NCBI GenBank assembly: GCA_963827685.1
Contig: CAWHBU010000003.1
Location: forward strand, 1,056,001 to 1,120,000
Reading direction: 5' to 3'
Source: an uncultured delta proteobacterium
GTDB taxonomy: Bacteria > Desulfobacterota > BSN033 > UBA1163
Length of the DNA stretch: 64,000 nucleotides
This document shows, in pieces, positions 61,672 to 64,000 of this stretch. The first letter of the stretch is position 1. Every line of letters starts with the position of its first letter. A program made the position numbers and the translations under genes. Below the pieces are notes generated by a model. The model worked only from the letters and a program-made list of their open reading frames with translations, ran no database searches and was not told the DNA's origin.

Positions 61672-61808
61672 ATTGCAGGGTTATTTAAGTTCTTTGGGTT
61701 ATTTTGGTTCTTTGGGTTATTTGAGTTGTTTGGGTTACTTGAGTTCTTTGTGTTAACTCAATAACTCAATAAACTTAATTTACTCAATGAACCTTATAAA
61801 TTCATAAA
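61672..61808. repeat. Inverted pair of about 9-mer tandem arrays
   Basis: TTTGGGTTA/TTTGAGTTG-like units x8, then AACTCAATA-like units. Confidence 0.8.
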
Positions 61809-61823
61809 TTTGGAGTTATTACA

Positions 61824-62042
61824 ATGTGCTTAAGTGTTCCCGGAAAAATTGTAAAAATTAAAAACAACATGGCCAGAGTGGATGTCGGCGGCATGCTTAG
61901 GGATATCTCGCTGGACCTATGTCCAGAAGTTTCTCTCGGTGAATATGTCCTTATTCACGCAGGCTTTGCCATTCAAAAGGTTGACGAAGAAGAAGCTAAG
62001 GAGACGTTGGATCTTCTGAGAAAAATGGCAGGGGCGATATGA
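61824..62042 (+). CDS. hypC: HypC chaperone
   Basis: MCLSVPG...YVLIHAGFAI. Confidence 0.97.
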   Translation: MCLSVPGKIVKIKNNMARVDVGGMLRDISLDLCPEVSLGEYVLIHAGFAIQKVDEEEAKETLDLLRKMAGAI

Positions 62043-62084
62043 CTGTCCGCGAATCAAGGCAAAGACGCAGAATATTTTTGAATT

Positions 62085-62176
62085 GTCATTGCGAGCGATC
62101 CCGCCTTGGCGGGAGAGCGTGGCAATCTCATCTATTGATACAAGATTGCTTCGTCGCTATCGCTCCTCGCAATGAC
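62085..62176. repeat. GTCATTGCG...CGCAATGAC palindromic repeat with a different nested hairpin
   Basis: Nested TCCCGCCTTGGCGGGA. Confidence 0.8.
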
Positions 62177-62213
62177 AAATGCTTCTTGGACTTTTTATAA
62201 TTTATGGATTCAT

Positions 62214-63290
62214 ATGAAATTCATAGATGAATTCCGGGATAAAGAGATTGCGGAAGGACTAATTCAGAGGATTCATAAAACCTCTACCCGTCCCATCCAG
62301 TTGATGGAGGTTTGCGGAACGCATACGGTCTCCATCTTCCGGTATGGAATAAGAGGCCTCCTCCCGGAGCACGTCAGGCTTCTCTCCGGTCCGGGCTGCC
62401 CTGTCTGCGTCACTCCCAATAATGATATCGATCTGGCCATTGCCCTCTCAAGGCAAAAGGATGTCATCATCGTCACCTTCGGTGACATGATGAGAGTTCC
62501 TGGCTCGACATCAAGCCTGCAGAAAGAGAAGGCTGAGGGAAGGGATATCCGAATCATCTACTCTTCTCTTGAAGCATTAAAAATAGCGAAGGAAAATTTC
62601 GGGAAGAGAGTGGTCTTCTTGGCCATAGGTTTCGAAACCACTTCTCCTACCATAGCCGTGGCGATTCTCCGGGCCAAAGAAGAAAAGTTACAAAATCTCT
62701 CTTTCTTGAATAGTCAGAAACGGGTTCCCCCTGCCCTAATTGCCCTCTTACAATCGAAGCAGGTCAAGATCGATGGGTTTATCCTTCCAGGCCATGTGAG
62801 TACAATCATTGGGACAATTCCCTACCAATTCATTGCAAAAGAGTTTGGCCGACCTGCTGTGATCACAGGCTTTGAGCCTTTGGACATTCTTCAGGGTATT
62901 TGGATGCTCATCAAACAGATCGAAGAGAACCGCGCGGCCATTGAGATTCAGTATCGAAGAGTCGTCCACGAAGAGGGTAATCCAATTGCCTTGAGTAAGA
63001 TCGATCAAGTCTTCGAAAAAGGCGAAAGCCGGTGGAGGGGCATTGGATTGATACCGGATAGCGGATATCGTTTTAAAGAATCTTATAAAGAAATGGATGT
63101 TAGGAATTTCGATGTGGAAGTAGAGCCATCCAAGGAGCATCCTGAATGTCTTTGTGGAGAAGTGCTTCAGGGAATCAAGAGCCCTTTGGAATGTCGCCTG
63201 TTCAAAAAGCTCTGCCATCCAGAAAACCCAATTGGCGCTTGCATGGTCTCCATCGAAGGAACCTGTCACACCTACTTTAAGTTTTCATGA
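62214..63290 (+). CDS. hypD: HypD
   Basis: MEVCGTH, GPGCPVC, GFETT, PGHVS and CMVSIEGTC motifs. Confidence 0.98.
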   Translation: MKFIDEFRDKEIAEGLIQRIHKTSTRPIQLMEVCGTHTVSIFRYGIRGLLPEHVRLLSGPGCPVCVTPNNDIDLAIALSRQKDVIIVTFGDMMRVPGSTSSLQKEKAEGRDIRIIYSSLEALKIAKENFGKRVVFLAIGFETTSPTIAVAILRAKEEKLQNLSFLNSQKRVPPALIALLQSKQVKIDGFILPGHVSTIIGTIPYQFIAKEFGRPAVITGFEPLDILQGIWMLIKQIEENRAAIEIQYRRVVHEEGNPIALSKIDQVFEKGESRWRGIGLIPDSGYRFKESYKEMDVRNFDVEVEPSKEHPECLCGEVLQGIKSPLECRLFKKLCHPENPIGACMVSIEGTCHTYFKFS

Positions 63291-63313
63291 AGCCCGACAT
63301 AACGTATAGACTT

Positions 63314-63383
63314 GTAGCGCCCCCATTTACTGGGGGCGAGGGGCGAATGGATAGAATTCGTCGGCAGTAAATGCCGACGCTAC
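63314..63383. repeat. GTAG-type REP doublet, copy 4
   Basis: Both hairpins identical to copy 1; spacer differs. Confidence 0.88.
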
Positions 63384-63410
63384 AAAAATTGAACAGAAGG
63401 TGAATAATTT

Positions 63411-64000
63411 ATGAGCGACGAAAAGATCCTTTTGGCCCACGGGAGTGGAGGAAAGCTTTCCCACGATCTGATTAAACAGATTCTTCTGCCTCAGTTCAGA
63501 AACCCTTTCCTCGAACCATTGGATGATAGTGCGAAGATCACCAATCAGCACGGATCAATTGCTTTTACGACGGATTCCTATGTGGTCAATCCCATTTTCT
63601 TTCCAGGCGGAGATATTGGGAAATTGGCCGTATGCGGGACAGTGAACGATCTCTCAATGGTGGGGGCTACTCCATCGTATCTTAGCCTTTCGCTGATTGT
63701 TGAAGAAGGGTTCTCCATCGAGCTTCTCAAACAGATCGTCTCTTCGATCCATGAAACAGCTGAAAAGGCAAGAGTGAGCATTGTTACAGGTGATACCAAA
63801 GTAGTGGAACATGGCGCAGCAGATCAATTGTTTATTAATACTGCAGGGATCGGATGGGTCAGGCCGGGGATCAACCTTTCAGGGATCAATGCCAGATCAG
63901 GAGATAAAATTCTTTTAAGCGGTTACCTGGGAGATCACGAGATGGCTGTCCTCTCCCAAAGGGAGGGATTTAGATTCCAGGGTGAATTAAAAAGTGATTG
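63411..64000 (+). CDS. hypE: HypE (runs off the window edge)
   Basis: Manual translation MSDEKILLAHGSGGK...FTTDSYVV.P.FFPGGDIGKLAVCGTVNDL...GDTKVV. Confidence 0.97.
   Translation, partial: MSDEKILLAHGSGGKLSHDLIKQILLPQFRNPFLEPLDDSAKITNQHGSIAFTTDSYVVNPIFFPGGDIGKLAVCGTVNDLSMVGATPSYLSLSLIVEEGFSIELLKQIVSSIHETAEKARVSIVTGDTKVVEHGAADQLFINTAGIGWVRPGINLSGINARSGDKILLSGYLGDHEMAVLSQREGFRFQGELKSD

Noticed and set aside
1-64000. CRISPR array, rRNA, tRNA, integron integrase, RAYT gene
   Set aside because: No regularly spaced repeat-spacer series, RNA-gene signature, or tyrosine-recombinase or HUH motif was seen; the repeats are dispersed palindromes or short tandem units

Overview
Bacterial chromosomal window. 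Gene content and order suggest an anaerobic Desulfobacterota/deltaproteobacterium-like host (inference). It holds: pentose-phosphate genes (rpiB-tkt-rpe); an NDP-forming acyl-CoA ligase; pbpC plus an alpha-2-macroglobulin gene that has lost its 5' end; an accessory island at about 15.6-30.8 kb; a lysA-dapF-dapB-hemL cluster; rfaE2-lon-thiL-yhaM; hrcA-grpE-dnaK-ftsY; and a group 1 [NiFe]-hydrogenase operon with hypFCDE. The main finds are: (1) a 3.1-kb element bounded by one pair of 45-bp inverted repeats that carries two intact DDE transposases (one IS481-like, one IS3-like OrfA/OrfB pair with a -1 slippery site) and two HTH genes overprinted inside the first transposase; (2) an integrase-less integron cassette array in which both clear attC sites are interrupted at the GTT recombination core by the same IS1182-like end; (3) a cassette fusing a sigma70 region-4.1-like segment to an Mrr-type nuclease; (4) dense, nested palindromic repeats, three of which add in-frame sequence to YggS, RecQ and Maf; (5) a hydrogenase maturation protease gene with no in-frame start. 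No rRNA, tRNA or CRISPR array was seen. All calls come from reading motifs by eye; no database search was run.
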